Of a stretch of 64,000 nucleotides of DNA, positions 49,738-64,000 are shown in pieces. Numbering within the stretch: position 1 is the first letter of the stretch; the number at the start of each line of letters is the position of its first letter. The position numbers and the translations under genes are program-made. Source of the DNA: Felis catus (lineage: Eukaryota); NCBI RefSeq assembly GCF_018350175.1, contig NC_058368.1, forward strand, positions 155,436,001 to 155,500,000, given 5' to 3'. The notes under the pieces were generated by a model. It did not search any database. It was not told where the DNA came from and was given only the letters and a program-made list of their open reading frames with translations.

Positions 49738-51700
49738 TGAGCTGTGGCTGAAAATCCCCTTCCTTCCTCTGTCTTGGATGTGCTCGGTGTGTGTCCCTTT
49801 CCCGCGTGTGCGTGAGGGTGCTTGGGGGCTGTGCTGGCATGAACTTGGGGAGGGGGTGCTTATTTCCCCCCAGAAAACTCTTTTCTGTGTTTTTCATTCC
49901 ACTTTCCCCTCCACCTCTTCATACCCTTTATTTAAAATTGGGGAGGGCTGGGGACTGGAGTACCCAGAACCATAGATTCACTGCTGCATCATCCTTTTGG
50001 AAGCTTAGCTTGGAAAAAGAGGAGTGAGATTTATTGCACTTGTAGGTCTAATTAGGGGGGAAGGGGGGCTTCTGGCCTGTTCACTGGTTCCCTCTCCTCT
50101 TCACCGAGCTGGGGCCGCCTCCTCCAGAGCTGTGGCCTTGTTTTCACCCCTCTACTTTGAAAGGAAAGTTTGTGACTGAACCGTCCTTTCATAGTTGTGT
50201 CATTTTTTTTAAAGCATGATACTCGTTTTATTTCTTCATCAAACTCCACCCTCTGCTTAAATACTGCATACAAATTACAATTTACAACGGCATTTACCGA
50301 TCCTTCTGATTTGGCTATAATGCATAGACTGCAGCTGGCATGAGCTTCCCCTTCATTTAATCCCTGTGTTGTATGGGTTTGGTTTCTTTTAACACAACTT
50401 TTGATGTTGTATTTAGATATGCTTCATGTTCATGTGGCAGGAGATGCAGCACTTTTCTTATAAATATACTTAGCCGTTTACAGTTAAAGTTTATCTCCTG
50501 ACAATCATTAAAGATGTCTTATAGTCAAATTAGCGAACCAGTCAATTTTGCAGAATGCAGATTACTCCTTCTTGTAATTGACTTTAAAATTATATTTTAT
50601 ATGCCACAAGAAAAGAAATTGAATTCCTTCAGATCTCAAGGAGCAGGCAAATATGACGACTTCATTTCCAGCTCCAGGGAGATTTTGTAGGCATCTGAAA
50701 AAAAAAAAACTGAATTGTGCTCTCATTTAATTGAAAAATAACTGCCAAGTTCAAAACTATAATTAGAAAAAAGTATTCTAGCTGTTATGTTTCAAGAGCT
50801 TAAATTGCATTGGGGCTTGCATTAAAATTAGAATCAAAGCAAACTTAAGAAAATAGTGCACAACTTGAAATAAGACAGCTATGTGTACATGGACATATCT
50901 ATATTAATTTGTTGGGGGGAGAGTTCAGTAGCCCTAACTTTTCCTAAAGTTGTCTTTGTTTACATGGCAATTTAAAGCGCTGGCACTGTTGAAGTAAAAC
51001 ATACACATTAAAAAAAAAAAAAAAAAAAAAACTTTGGTCAGCTTTAAGAACTCAAAGCATGCTTACGTTTTGCATTCAGATGGTTAATGAATCCAGTGTT
51101 TTTGCAGTTGCAAGCTCGTGCATTCACTGGGCAAAAGCTGGCTGCAGGTTGCAGTGGCACCTCACAGGACAGACATTAATTCTATTTCCCACTTTTTTCA
51201 ATAATGTTTGGCTACTGTAAGTTCAACTTTTTTCTTGAAAATTTTCAATTTTCTGTTGCTTTTAAGAGTGAACTTTGTGTGGGGCGAAGGGGAGGAGGGG
51301 ACAGGGGAGGGGTGCAGGATACTTGTTTTCTATTCAAAAGTTGTAAGTGGTTATGTAACTTGTATCTATTTTAAGGATAATTCTATAGCATTTGGGGAGA
51401 ATATGGAAACATTTTGAGCAAAACACTGCTTGCTTGCAAATGAAGAGGCGGCTAGGCATTTGCCTAGAACCACAACCTTTCTCTGGTGTTCGCCTGTTCT
51501 TTTTTGTTTGTTTTTGCTTTACTTTGATTTGTTTCATTCTGGAGGGGTGAGTGGTATTTCATTAACCTGAGTGTTACACCTTGGTGGTGAAGGGGTTGGG
51601 TGCGCTTTCTTGACCATGCCGGGCTGGGGGCCCTGAGGTCAGGCCTAGTTCTGGCAGGGTTGGGGTGGCCAGGGGCGCAGGCGATGGCTGGGCAAATTGA

Positions 51701-52975
<1,275 letters not shown>

Positions 52976-54843
52976 TAAATAATCCCGCTTTATTGCTGCC
53001 TGATTTTCCCTTATCGGAAACCATTCATGTTTGCAGTTGCTGAGGTTATTGAGGGTCGTAAAAAACGGTTTCAATCTAAACAAGAAAGATAAAAAACAAA
53101 AGGAACACTGTAGATCCCGCAAGTATGGGAGGATTCCCGCCCCAGAGATAAATGTCATAGCCATGCAAAACACATGAACATTGGAAATTTAACAGAGTGC
53201 CTTAAAAATATCAAATTAAATGTAGGTGGTGGTAACATGCATGTTAACAATTTCTCTTATGATAGATGGTTCAAATTAACTTCCAGGAAAGTGCATTAAC
53301 GTTGCCTTTGAAGGCTCTAGTCTGAGCCTCTGAGAACACTGCCCGCTTTTTATTATTGTAACCTGCAAGAGGGAAACATATAAACACCCGGGACAGCAGG
53401 TAATGGGGGGAAATATAAACAAAGCCAGAAAGGAGGCTGGTGGGGAACAGAGCTGCTCAGATTGGGTCTCCGGCCTTGCCCACTGCGAGTAGGGTTAGCT
53501 GCAGCTTTACCCCCATTATTGGCACTATTGTTTTTAATTTCTCCATTCAGAGAACAAATAAACCATCCTAATAAATCTATCCTAGAGCCAGGACCTCCAA
53601 AGGCCAAATTAAAACCATTCCTGAGCAGAGATGGCAAAACCCCTTTCCCAAGGCCTTGTTGAACAGTAAGCAATGGTATAATCTATCAATATTTCCTGGC
53701 TTTCATGCGTGAAGAATCGTATTTACATTGTATTAAAATGACTCTTAAATTTGCACAATATTGTAATGTAGCAAATGTAGTATTAATATCGATCTGAACA
53801 GCAGATAATTTATTTAGACAAGAGCATCTCATTTGTATGCAGGGTGGCCAGAGCCATGGACTTGGACTGCCCCCCTTTTACTTTCAGTGCAAATGCAGGT
53901 CTGCTAGTGGGAGAGGGAGTTATTCTTTGCAAGAGGATAAAGTGCAAACCTTAAAACAAATGGAAGATTTATTGAATAGCCTCCTCAGTGTTTGAATGCA
54001 TTTTATCTTAATAAGTCTTCTTGATGGAAACGTGTTTTTCAAAAGTGACAAAGAGCCTGGGAAGCAGCAACCGGGCTGCTTTAGCTCTGGCAGGCCTGGG
54101 GCCTGGCTGGCTCTCTACTACCCAGCTCTTTAGCCAAATTAATCAGGAAGCAAGCCAGTGTCGGGGAAGCTGGGGTTTTAAAAATCTCATCCAGTGAGGT
54201 GTCTTGAAGCAGAAATGTGACTTGGAGCTGGACAGAGGTCTTCTCAGGAAAGATCTTTCCTCCCTTTCCCTTGTCCCCTACTAAGGTTCTTTGAACTCCC
54301 TTGACTTTTCTGATCTCCTGCCCTTTCCCAGAGAGAGGCAAGGACCGTGCTGGCTGCAGGGAGGATTGTGGAATTATTCATGCTTTTCTTTCAACTTGCC
54401 ATCCTAAAACATCCCCGTGAAAAGTGTTCCTTTTTAAAAAGTTTTCCCGAAGAAGTTACTTGAACAAAGTCTTCAAGGTGCAAAGGAGGCTGAGAAGCGA
54501 ACAATAACATTATTTTGTTGGAAATTGCAAGCAGAATATCTGAAAATGGAAATGGAGCTGTCAGTAGTAATTCACCCCCCTCCTCCATACAACACATTTC
54601 CACTTTTGACTAAACTTGTTTTGATTGCTAGCCAGAAGGGAATTCATGGGAAGCCTTCTCAAAGTCATCCAACTTTTAAGCAAACTTTGAATGATGGAAA
54701 AGACAGTTTTAGACATATTGTCCAACGAGGTTTGCTCCGGCTAAGTATTTGAAGCTGGCACGGGGGTTCCCTGTGGTGGTTTTCACATTTGGCCTCCGGA
54801 TGGTATGCTTAATCCTTAATATTCTGGACAGCATCCAAGGACT

Positions 54844-54855
54844 AGGTCATGACCT
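54844..54855. promoter_or_regulatory. Perfect nuclear-receptor palindrome AGGTCATGACCT (TREpal/IR0) in intron 2
   Basis: Exact 12-mer, with an overlapping TGAACT half-site at 54855-54860. Function is not shown. Confidence 0.5.
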
Positions 54856-57465
54856 GAACTTACTTTTTTAAAAAATTCATTAATTCATACACCTAAATGT
54901 TCCCTCAAATAAATGGGACCTCCTCTGAAAGGAGCCATCTAGTTAACATAAATACAATAAATCCATTTTCACCACAATAATAACTTTGATTTCTAGTTAT
55001 GGCAGCTGATTACATCTATATTTCCTGAACACTAAACTCTTCTGAATGCACAACATGAAATACATTCTCTGCACTACAAAGGCTAAGCCGGGAGGGCCTG
55101 AGCAGTTATGGTTATTTATTTACATAATTTCTTTCCCATATACTTTAGGAGAAATATTGACACTACCATATAAAAAGTGAGACATTGATTTTGTACGTTT
55201 CTACCCCCTTGTCTTATCTTGGGTATATCTCCTGGGGTCTCAGTATGTACTGCGTTACACCCCCTGCTCACCTAGCTTTGCTACCACAACCACCCAATCG
55301 ATCTGAGAGCTCACACTATCTATCCATAGTTGGGGGGGATCCTGTTGCAGGAATATCCAGAGAGGGAATGAATATCTAGAGTGGGAATCCAGGCCTGAAG
55401 TAGGACTCCTGCTGGAGAGAGGCCACAGAGCTGGCCGGCTGGCACCTGGCAGCCAGGCCCAGCTACAGGCATTCTGCCTTCAGAGGAGGAAAGAAATCCA
55501 CGCAGCCAGCACAGGGCCCAAGTAAGCCTTTCCTGGGCTTCTCTCTTTTGGAGTGACATAGCTGGGAGAAGAGTAGTGTCCTTGCACTCTGGGGGCCCTA
55601 ATTGTAAATATCAGATAAATATTTTACAGACCTGAGGGAATGCCATATGGGTGATTAAAAGAAAAAAAAATCTGCTGGGGTATCAGTGGGTCTTTTTCAT
55701 CCTGCATTGTCTAAGGCTGAAAGGGATCCTGTGGCATAATGGGCAGATAATGCATGTAAAGCAAGATATATGTAAATATGAGTCTGCATAGTGGCCTTTC
55801 AGCAGGGCCAGGTTAGCAATCAGGACCAAGGGCAGACCTCAGGGTCCCCTCTCTAAGCAGTGAAGCCCCAAAGTGCTTCTGCCCTCGCCCTTCTAGCCAT
55901 AAAAATCTCACTGGCTTCCCCAGTCAGGCCAGTGTGGATGCACCCAAGTGGCTGGCTGGAGTAATTAGACATCTGAGAGGAACCCATTCTGGATCTGGGG
56001 TCAGAGGGGACCTGCCTTAGAAGTTCTTGAATTAGCACTGGTTTTATTTGTATTTTTGCTCAAGGCCATTGCCTTGTAGATGAAGGTGTTAGAATGCTTT
56101 GTACATCCCAATTCTTGAAATATAAAGACATAAAGCTGAGGAACTCAGCAGACACGGGTTTCACTTTGAATCATTTGGTGTGACTTCTTAGGGTCACATT
56201 TACCCATTCACAATTATATAACGTCCTTTTGGGGGCATTGCCATGCATGAGTTTCTTCCCAGATCTATATATTAGCAAACTCTGCCTTTGATCTCTAGTC
56301 AACCTCCTGACTGGCTAAGGGCTCCTCTGTGATCTTCCTGTTTTTAAAATATTTATTATTAATACAAGAAATAGCATGGGTGTTTGAACTCAGAGAGGAA
56401 GCTTTCACTTCATTCCTCTAATTCCCCCTTCTCTTCCATTTCTTCGCCTTTAGTTAGTTAGTTGATATAGTATAAACTGCTGTCTTGAAATATTTTTAGG
56501 AGAACGTGAGGAGCCTTGGTTGATATGAGATAAACACACAGGTTTTAAGATGCTGTCATTGTGTGCAAGTGCCTTTTTCCCCTTGGTCCTGCAACAGGAA
56601 GCCCATCTCCCCAAATCCCCCCTAAACTCCCCAGCTCCCAGTTTGGAAACAGCAACAGCAGCTGCCTCTAGCCCAGCTTTGTGTCTGATCGCTGAAGATG
56701 TCTCCTTCCTGCAGCCTGGAGTAACTGAGCCATATTCCTCCTGATTATTATACAGCTTACAGAGATGTGACCAATTTTCAATTACTTGATCTAAAGCACA
56801 GATAGAAGTATACACCCTCACCAAGGATTTGCTGCAGAGTTCTTGTTGCATAGATAGTGGATCTCAAATCCTATAGTGCTAAAGCATGGGCTTGATCTGA
56901 TTCCATGCAATGCCAGCCCATGACTCCTTCCCCCTCCCATGCGTTTGTTCACTATACAATCTAGGTTCTCCTTGAAGATTTTGGTTGGGGTCATTTGGGT
57001 TTGAGAGGGAGGACTCCAAGAAGCCTGTAAGAACTACCTCCAGGCTACATATTTCTTCAGGGCTTCTGAACACCCTGAAATCAGGGGCAAAAGGGGCAAA
57101 AGTCCTCACTTTAATGAGCACAGCGGAAAGATGCACCCCTGCAGGCGGAGGACAGGTTGCTACGCACAGCAAACATGGCTCCAGCATCGTACATTATTTA
57201 ATCCAAAGGTGAAAGAGGAAAAACAAAGAGACTAGAGGGGTTGCTGCCTCTGCATGTGTGTGCTTCTGTCTCCAGCTCCCCTAGGCTTGGTGGGGGTTTG
57301 ATTTATTTTTATTTGTACTGGGGTCTGAGTGGGGGGAATGGTGAGGAAGGATTGGGGAGGTATGGAGAGGAAGATTTTTTTTTCTTTTCCCTTCTCTTTC
57401 TTTTTCCCTCTTTTACCAACTTAAAAAAAAATGAATGGCTTGTTTGTGCCTTTGCTGTTCACTAA

Positions 57466-57795
<330 letters not shown>

Positions 57796-58585
57796 ACCTT
57801 GGGCGCTTCCCACCTGCCCCCACCCCCCTAGAGACTCAGAGGACCGGCGGGGGCCATGGACTCCAAAGCTTCGGGGACATCAGGTGGCTGTTGCAGGGTG
57901 CAGCCAGGCAGGGGGGAGGTGGGCTGGGCCAACAGGAGCAGCCCACCCTGCAGGAATGCAACCCGAGCTGCAAACCAGGAGAAAAAGAGACTCTCTTTAG
58001 GATCAGATCTGTGAACAAGTTGGAAAGGAAAGAAAAAGGACCTTGTGTCTGGTGAGAAAAGGAAAAAAACATTTGAAGAGAGGACCATGAGAATTTTAAT
58101 AAAACAGAAGGAGACTAATGGACCTTCCAGGATTTATTGTGGACGGATGTGGATATATTCTGTACAGAAAAACAACACACATGGAAGTGGACTGAATTCT
58201 ATGTAGAAACACACACACACACACGCACACACAAACACACATACACACCCCAAACATTGTTATTCATTTTGTAAAATACTAGTCTTTATTTTCATTTTTT
58301 TGTAAAATTTAAACATCGTATGCACATAAAAAAAGGAAACAAGAATTAGGGGAAAATAACATTTTCCAAATAATTATAAAAAAATTGTCCTGTGTCTATG
58401 TATCTATATCTGTTTTGTATTTTTTTCTGGTTCCAAACCAGATTTCCTGTGATTCTATACTAATAATTTTTGATATAACCCTTTGCTTCTTATAATGAGT
58501 GCGATATATGTTGTCGAGGCTGTTCTTCAAGAATTAAAATTGAAGTGAAAATTTAAACAAAAATAAAAGAATTTAGCAAAACCCA
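57796..58585 (+). other. NR2F1 3' UTR
   Basis: Runs from the stop codon to the poly(A) signal region; AU-rich distal half and a (CA)n tract at ~58209-58248. The end is approximate. Confidence 0.75.
58562..58567 (+). terminator. Polyadenylation signal AATAAA (also ATTAAA 58533-58538 and a proximal AATAAA 58098-58103)
   Basis: Canonical hexamer followed ~20 nt later by a GU-rich TGTGTCTGGTT downstream element. Confidence 0.75.
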
Positions 58586-59719
58586 TGTGTCTGGTTACTT
58601 GACAGATGTCATAAGTGCAAGAGAACCCTCCAATTAATTTTCACTGCAATTATTATTAGAATGGGGAGGTGAGGTGGAAACTTTTAAGGTCCATTACAAA
58701 GTTGTCTAGATTTATTTCCTAAACCCAAGACGCTGCCTTGGTTTTGTAAATGCAGGGGATCAGGCTCTGCATGGGCTGGGGTGGGCAGGGAGAGGGCAGG
58801 GCACCTTGGTTGCCCCCAGCAGCTCATGTCACCTCTCGGGTGGCTGGTGCTCCGCATGGAGCTAAGCAGGCAGCTGGGGTAGGCTCGGCTCGGCCCCAAG
58901 TGGAGGCCTAGTCTCCGTAGCCACCAGCTTCAGTGACTGCAGGTGGGAACGTGCCTGGCTGGAGAGGCTGTGAAGAGAGGCATGGAGAGCCGACTGTGGG
59001 GGTCTAGGAAGGAGAGGGCTGCTCAGAAGCCTCTCAGAAGACCATTGGCCTCTCCTCAGCTCTGGGAGACAGAGTTAGGGCCTCAGCGCTGCCAAACCTA
59101 GCTTTGCTCCCCCTTTGGTCCGGAGCACAGCAGGCTAGGGTTTACCCTTCACTCCAGACCCTGTGACAGGGGTTCCCTGGAGGGCTCTCAAGCTCAGTTG
59201 AGCGAACAGAAAGGCCCTCCTGTGGCACTTAGGGACGTGGACCTGGAACCTGGGAGTTGGTGAGCTAGGTAGGCTAGACTACACTATTTACAGAAGCAGC
59301 GTTTGGGCCCTAGTGGAGCATTCAGGGCAGAAACCTAACGCTGAGGCCTCACTTCGGGTGTGCAGGGGGCGAAGGTGGGGGGGGGGGAGTGCTGCTCTCT
59401 GTTACAGCTTTTGGAGCATGAATGTTTTATAGGATTCTAGTCGGTGTTGCGAGAACACATACTACCAAGGGAGCTTTTTCCTAACGTATTAATAAAGCCC
59501 GATCTTTTGAAATAACACCTCTCACCTCCTCTCCCGCCCCTCACCCCAAACAGGCCTTGGATGAGGCAAGTGCTTCACTTTCAGAAGTCATTGACAAAAG
59601 TTTTGCTTTCCTTTACTGCCTGGGAATCTCCAGGTTCCCCCACTCTTTAAAAAATGTATTAACAAGCTCTAAGCCGCCCGAAGTCTTCCTGTTCTAGGTG
59701 CAGTGCAGCCTGGGCAATG

Positions 59720-62700
59720 CCGGGCTCTGTGTGGAGAAACCCCTGCAGATCGCCCGCCGCCCGGCCTGAGACTTTGGGAGACTGGGCGGGTACCCCGTGT
59801 GGTGTGTGGGGCCGCCAGAGGCCGTCCCACCGTCCCATGGGTCCCCACCTGCCTTGGGCCTCAGCCTTTGCACTACACCCAGGGGTAGTGTCTTTGGGCC
59901 TAGGCTGACCTCCCTGCACAGTGAGCACCCAAGGCAGGAGGGGCGAGGGAAGAGCTCCTATTTAACCCCTGACCGCCTCCCAGAAAGTCTCCGAGAGCCC
60001 TCCCGGGCTGCAGGATCAGGGAATGTGGGAATTGGGGTGGGGTAGGCAGCAGCCGGGCGCGGAGGGGGAGGGGAATAGAGCTGCCTCCAAACGCTCACGG
60101 ATCTTTGCTGCCTTTCTTGAAATGAGATGTAAATATATTCATTACAGTGTGATCCCTCTGATGAAAACAGATAAACATTTTTGTAGGTCGGAAACGTATT
60201 TTTCAATTAATTTCAATATGGAGGCCCAAGCACAAAGTGCCCAGTGTGGGGACTGGCCCGCAAGCCGAGGCCCGCGGTTTACGAGGCACTTGCTGTAAGG
60301 TCCAGAGGTGACAGCGGTAACCCGCCTCTTGCCTGACGCGGCTGGAAGCGCTGCCCATGGCCTGAGGGATCCGGCGACCCTCCTCAGCCTGGGTCCAAGA
60401 CCCGGGCTGGCCAAGCACGGTGTAGGAAGCAGAGCAGGCCTTCCTACGTATGGCTTCACAGACCCCTTCGCAGACTCAGTCTAGGAACCAGGACACTTGG
60501 GGCCGAGCGGAAGAGAGAGGGAAAAGGTGGTCGGCTCCCATTCTTGGCGGGGCCGGTCTAGGGACCCGCAGGCAGAGGGTTTCTCCTGTGCTGTCTCCCT
60601 GGTACATACGGAAAGGCAGTTGTCTTCAGAGGTCTCTGTGTGTCCCAGCCAGAGAGACAGAGATTCCCCAGAGATTCAGTGGCCCTGTGGGCGACCCCGC
60701 GGTACAAGACCGGCTGCCTGCATTCCGTGGTTTTTCACTCTCAGAGCGCGCAGTCGGGACCCACAAATCTGATCCTGCTAAGGCACGTTTTGGAGCCGAG
60801 ACTGCAGCGTTTAAGCCATGGGTTAAACCTTCCGACCACGAGAAAGCGTCCTCTCTGTTCCCAGGGCGTTTTAAAGGCTCCTTGGCGGGGCTGACCAGTG
60901 TCCGTGGCCCAAGAGCTGGGGGTCTCTAGTGGCCCCGGGGCCTCCTTGCTGTGCGAAGGGCAGCCCCAGTAGGGGTCGGGCCGCTTCCGTTCAATGTCCT
61001 GTGCCCCCTCAGATCCTGGAAGCCAGTGGGCAAAAGGAGACATGGAGCAGGTGGGAGTCTCCTCTGCCTGGGTGGCCGCCGGGAGGCCCCTGAGCGATGA
61101 GCCCGCTTTCGAAACGAGCGCCAGGGGGAGCAGTGGAACTTGGGTGTGAGGCCACAGGCAGGTGTAGGTCCGACGGTCACCTTGGGGCTCGCAGTCATGC
61201 CTCGGCCTACGGAGGCTTAGCAGCCCTAAGGAGTTGGAAGAATAGGATTGGGCTAACCGGGTGGGATACGACTGACTGGGTCCCCAGGACCAGAGGAAAT
61301 ACAGCTTAACAGTTGGAGAGCGGCCCACACAAGGTGACTTCCCTCTCAAAATTACCTGTGACACATGAAAGTCAAACACTCCCTCTTCTAACCCAAACAC
61401 TTGCTGGGCGACTGAGAAATTTAGGGGCTTTGAAGTCGGTTTAAACTACTTTAGCCACAAGCTTTTCTGAAAGCATCAAAAAAAAAAAAAAAGCCATCTT
61501 AGGACGCGCTATCCTCTAGGACTCTCTAGGGTACCAGGCTGCGGCTCCTCCGCCGCCTGGGGACAAAGAATGGCGCAAGGGAGTTAAGATGCGACCTCTG
61601 CCCCCACAGGCACACCCCACCCTGCGACCAGGCCTGGGGGAAGCCCAGGGGTGGGAATGGGCCTCCCTTCTGGCCACCGGAACAACCTTGGGCTTCCGGG
61701 ACTCTGCCCCTTACGTTGGTTCAGGCCCTCGGTCTCTGGCTGTCGGAAAGGGTCTCACAGGCCTCCCGGAGGCCCACCGACCAGCTTTGAGCTCAGGGGC
61801 ACTAGGGATATGGAGCTCCCTCGATCCAAACCCACCTGAGCTCGGCTGCTTGGTGAGTGCAAAAAGTTTTCTTTAAAAAAAAAAAAATCCTCCTCTTCAG
61901 CGTATAGGCAGTCCTTGTATCTCCTACAGTGCCAGAATCACCTCCTGTAAGCTACTCGATTCTTCAGAACAAATCACCTGAATGTCTCTACAAATGGAAA
62001 ACCATGGAGAGCGGGGAGGGTAGGCTGGGAGACACAAGTGGAAACTAATAAAACTCTTGTTAGAGGGCCTGCTCAGGATTCGTGGCGTCACTGGGCCTTT
62101 TACTTGGAAAGCCAAAGAGTTGTATTCCTAAATGAGTTAAAGACCCATTTACCTCTGTCGTGTTCTATTCATCAAGCCACAAGTTGAGAGTTCCTAACAT
62201 GAAACTATTTGTTTGCTTACACAACCAGCTGGGCGCAATTTCACGTCTGAGATATCTATCTGAAAGCGCCTCTCATTTATTATCTCTCCTTGTCAGCGAA
62301 TCCATTTTCCAGCTCCCCCTCCCCCCTTTGGAGTTTATTTATTTATTTATTTTTGGTGGGACTTCTTTGCCTGGGAGGGCCTGGTTCTGGAATGCTCCCC
62401 AGGGAGCAGCCGCTCCCTGCGGGGTTCCTGCCGCGCCCAGGGCGCGTGGACCAGGGCGCAGCCCAGGCGAGCTCGCCGCCACCGCTGACCCCCCGCGGGC
62501 GGGCAGAAGGGCCTGGGTGAGGGGCGGGCAGAGGGTAGGCCGGGCGGGACACTGCGAAGCTGCCTTTCTCCCAGGATGTCCTTCCTGCTAGCTCTCCCAG
62601 AGTGAGCCGCAACCACCTGTGCGAGGAGGGGGTGGGAGGAGGCCCCGGAGGGGAGTCCAGGAGCCTCTCTCCCAGATGGAGGCCCGAGATACGGATTTGA

Positions 62701-62780
62701 GAGATGCTTTTACAAAGCCTCACCTAATCCCATGGGGCCAATTTCTTCTCCCGGGCTGGGCCGAAGCGCAGAGTGAGTAA
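59720..62780. promoter_or_regulatory. Downstream CpG-rich patches (~59720-61260, ~62360-62780)
   Basis: Elevated CpG and GC with no coding signal; GC box GGGGCGGG at ~62521. Confidence 0.55.
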
Positions 62781-64000
62781 CCAAGATGTAAATAGTTGTG
62801 TGATGGGTTGGGGGAGGGGGCAGAGCATTTATTGTGTGTGCGGAGGGAAGAAGGCTGCACGTGGTTTCAATTTTGAAGCACAAAGAAATAACATGCAATG
62901 CAGAAAATAGGTTTATGAATGTAATTGAGAGGAAAGAAAACAATTAACACGGTGCAAGGTTGCACACTCGATTCTCCACCCCTCGCCTTCTCTTCTACCC
63001 CAATTTTGAGAAATCCGGGTCTTGTGAATACAGTGGGTCTAGGCACTTGGATCCGGCTCACAAGGGAACCCCTGATGGAGATCACAGTGATGGGTGGATA
63101 ATGGTGTCTATCCATCTCTTAGTCTGCTGAGGCCTCCTCCAACCAAGCTGAAAGCGAGGGATCAAATCCCCAAGTCCAGCGTATAAAATATCCCTAGTTG
63201 TAAAGGTAGAAAGGAGAAGGGGTGTCTGTAAGGGAGGGGAGAGGGAGAACGAGAAAGAAAGATAGCGAGGGATTTCTTTAAGACAGACCAGGCTGGTCTC
63301 TGCAAGCTATCCTATTGTGTTGATTTAGGAGGACATTTGCTGTATATAACGTTTAAGGCTGATAATATCATTGCGCAGCCAGATAAATAAAGCATTGGCC
63401 CAACAGTGGGGTCAGCGATCGATCTCTGGGCTCAGAGGAAAAAGGAGAGAGACAGGATCGAGCACGAGGCTCTGTCTGTGTGCTTGTCAGTCGGCATGCA
63501 GGAGCCCGAGTGTGTGTGTGAGCGTCAGGGTGTGCGAGAGAGAACCTAGTCTTCAGCTGGCCAAGAGGCTCATTAGCATTCCTAACCCATGGACCTGCGC
63601 TGACAACTAACAGAGATATCCCGCTCACCACCAGGCCTCCTCTCCTTTTGTCTTCAGATCTGGAGGAGAAAAAGATTTCTCGGTGGAAGCTGGAGCCTGA
63701 ACTTCCATGTGGTTGATGGAGATTCAGGGTATAAAGAGACGTTTCGGGATCTTGCCTGATCGTTCACTCTGCTTTTTAAAACTTCCCTCCTAAAGAAGGA
63801 ACTTTTTTTCGCTTTTCTCTCTTAAAGTGTAATATGTTTGTTGAAACTCCAGGCTTAAACGAGAGAGAAAATTCTCTGAAAATATTTTGCCATTTCTCCT
63901 TGTTGACATGCAGAGAGGTGGATGTTTATATGTTTGGCTCACATGCACATATAAAGCTGGTAAAGATTTCTAGAACATAGCAACCAGGGGTTGTTTGAGA

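Noticed and set aside
60450..61400. 159-aa and 219-aa ORFs downstream of NR2F1
   Set aside because: GC-rich noncoding composition with no domain or convincing exon structure.

Overview
This is mammalian genomic DNA, almost certainly from a felid: it carries young SINEC_Fc-type Can-SINEs. The window contains the complete three-exon NR2F1 (COUP-TFI) gene on the + strand, CDS join(49003..49465,51897..52424,57515..57795) = 1272 nt / 423 aa, with a ~1.8 kb uORF-rich 5' leader and a ~0.8 kb 3' UTR. The left ~31 kb is AT-rich and packed with nested L1, Can-SINE, MaLR/ERVL LTR, MIR and L2 remnants, plus a processed ATP5PD pseudogene. The right ~33 kb has no recognisable young transposons and holds several CpG islands, long polypyrimidine tracts, G4 motifs and candidate enhancers. 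The most interesting signals are regulatory: a COUP-type DR1 next to the TATA element, a perfect AGGTCATGACCT palindrome in intron 2 (possible autoregulation), and a chain of minus-strand splice-site pairs suggesting the NR2F1-AS1 orthologue. Others are five uORFs, a Meis/Pbx-Hox cluster and an inverted SINE pair sharing one target site. I found no evidence for a novel protein-coding system; most ORF-track entries are repeat or GC artefacts. Repeat subfamily names and cross-species comparisons are from memory, not from searches.
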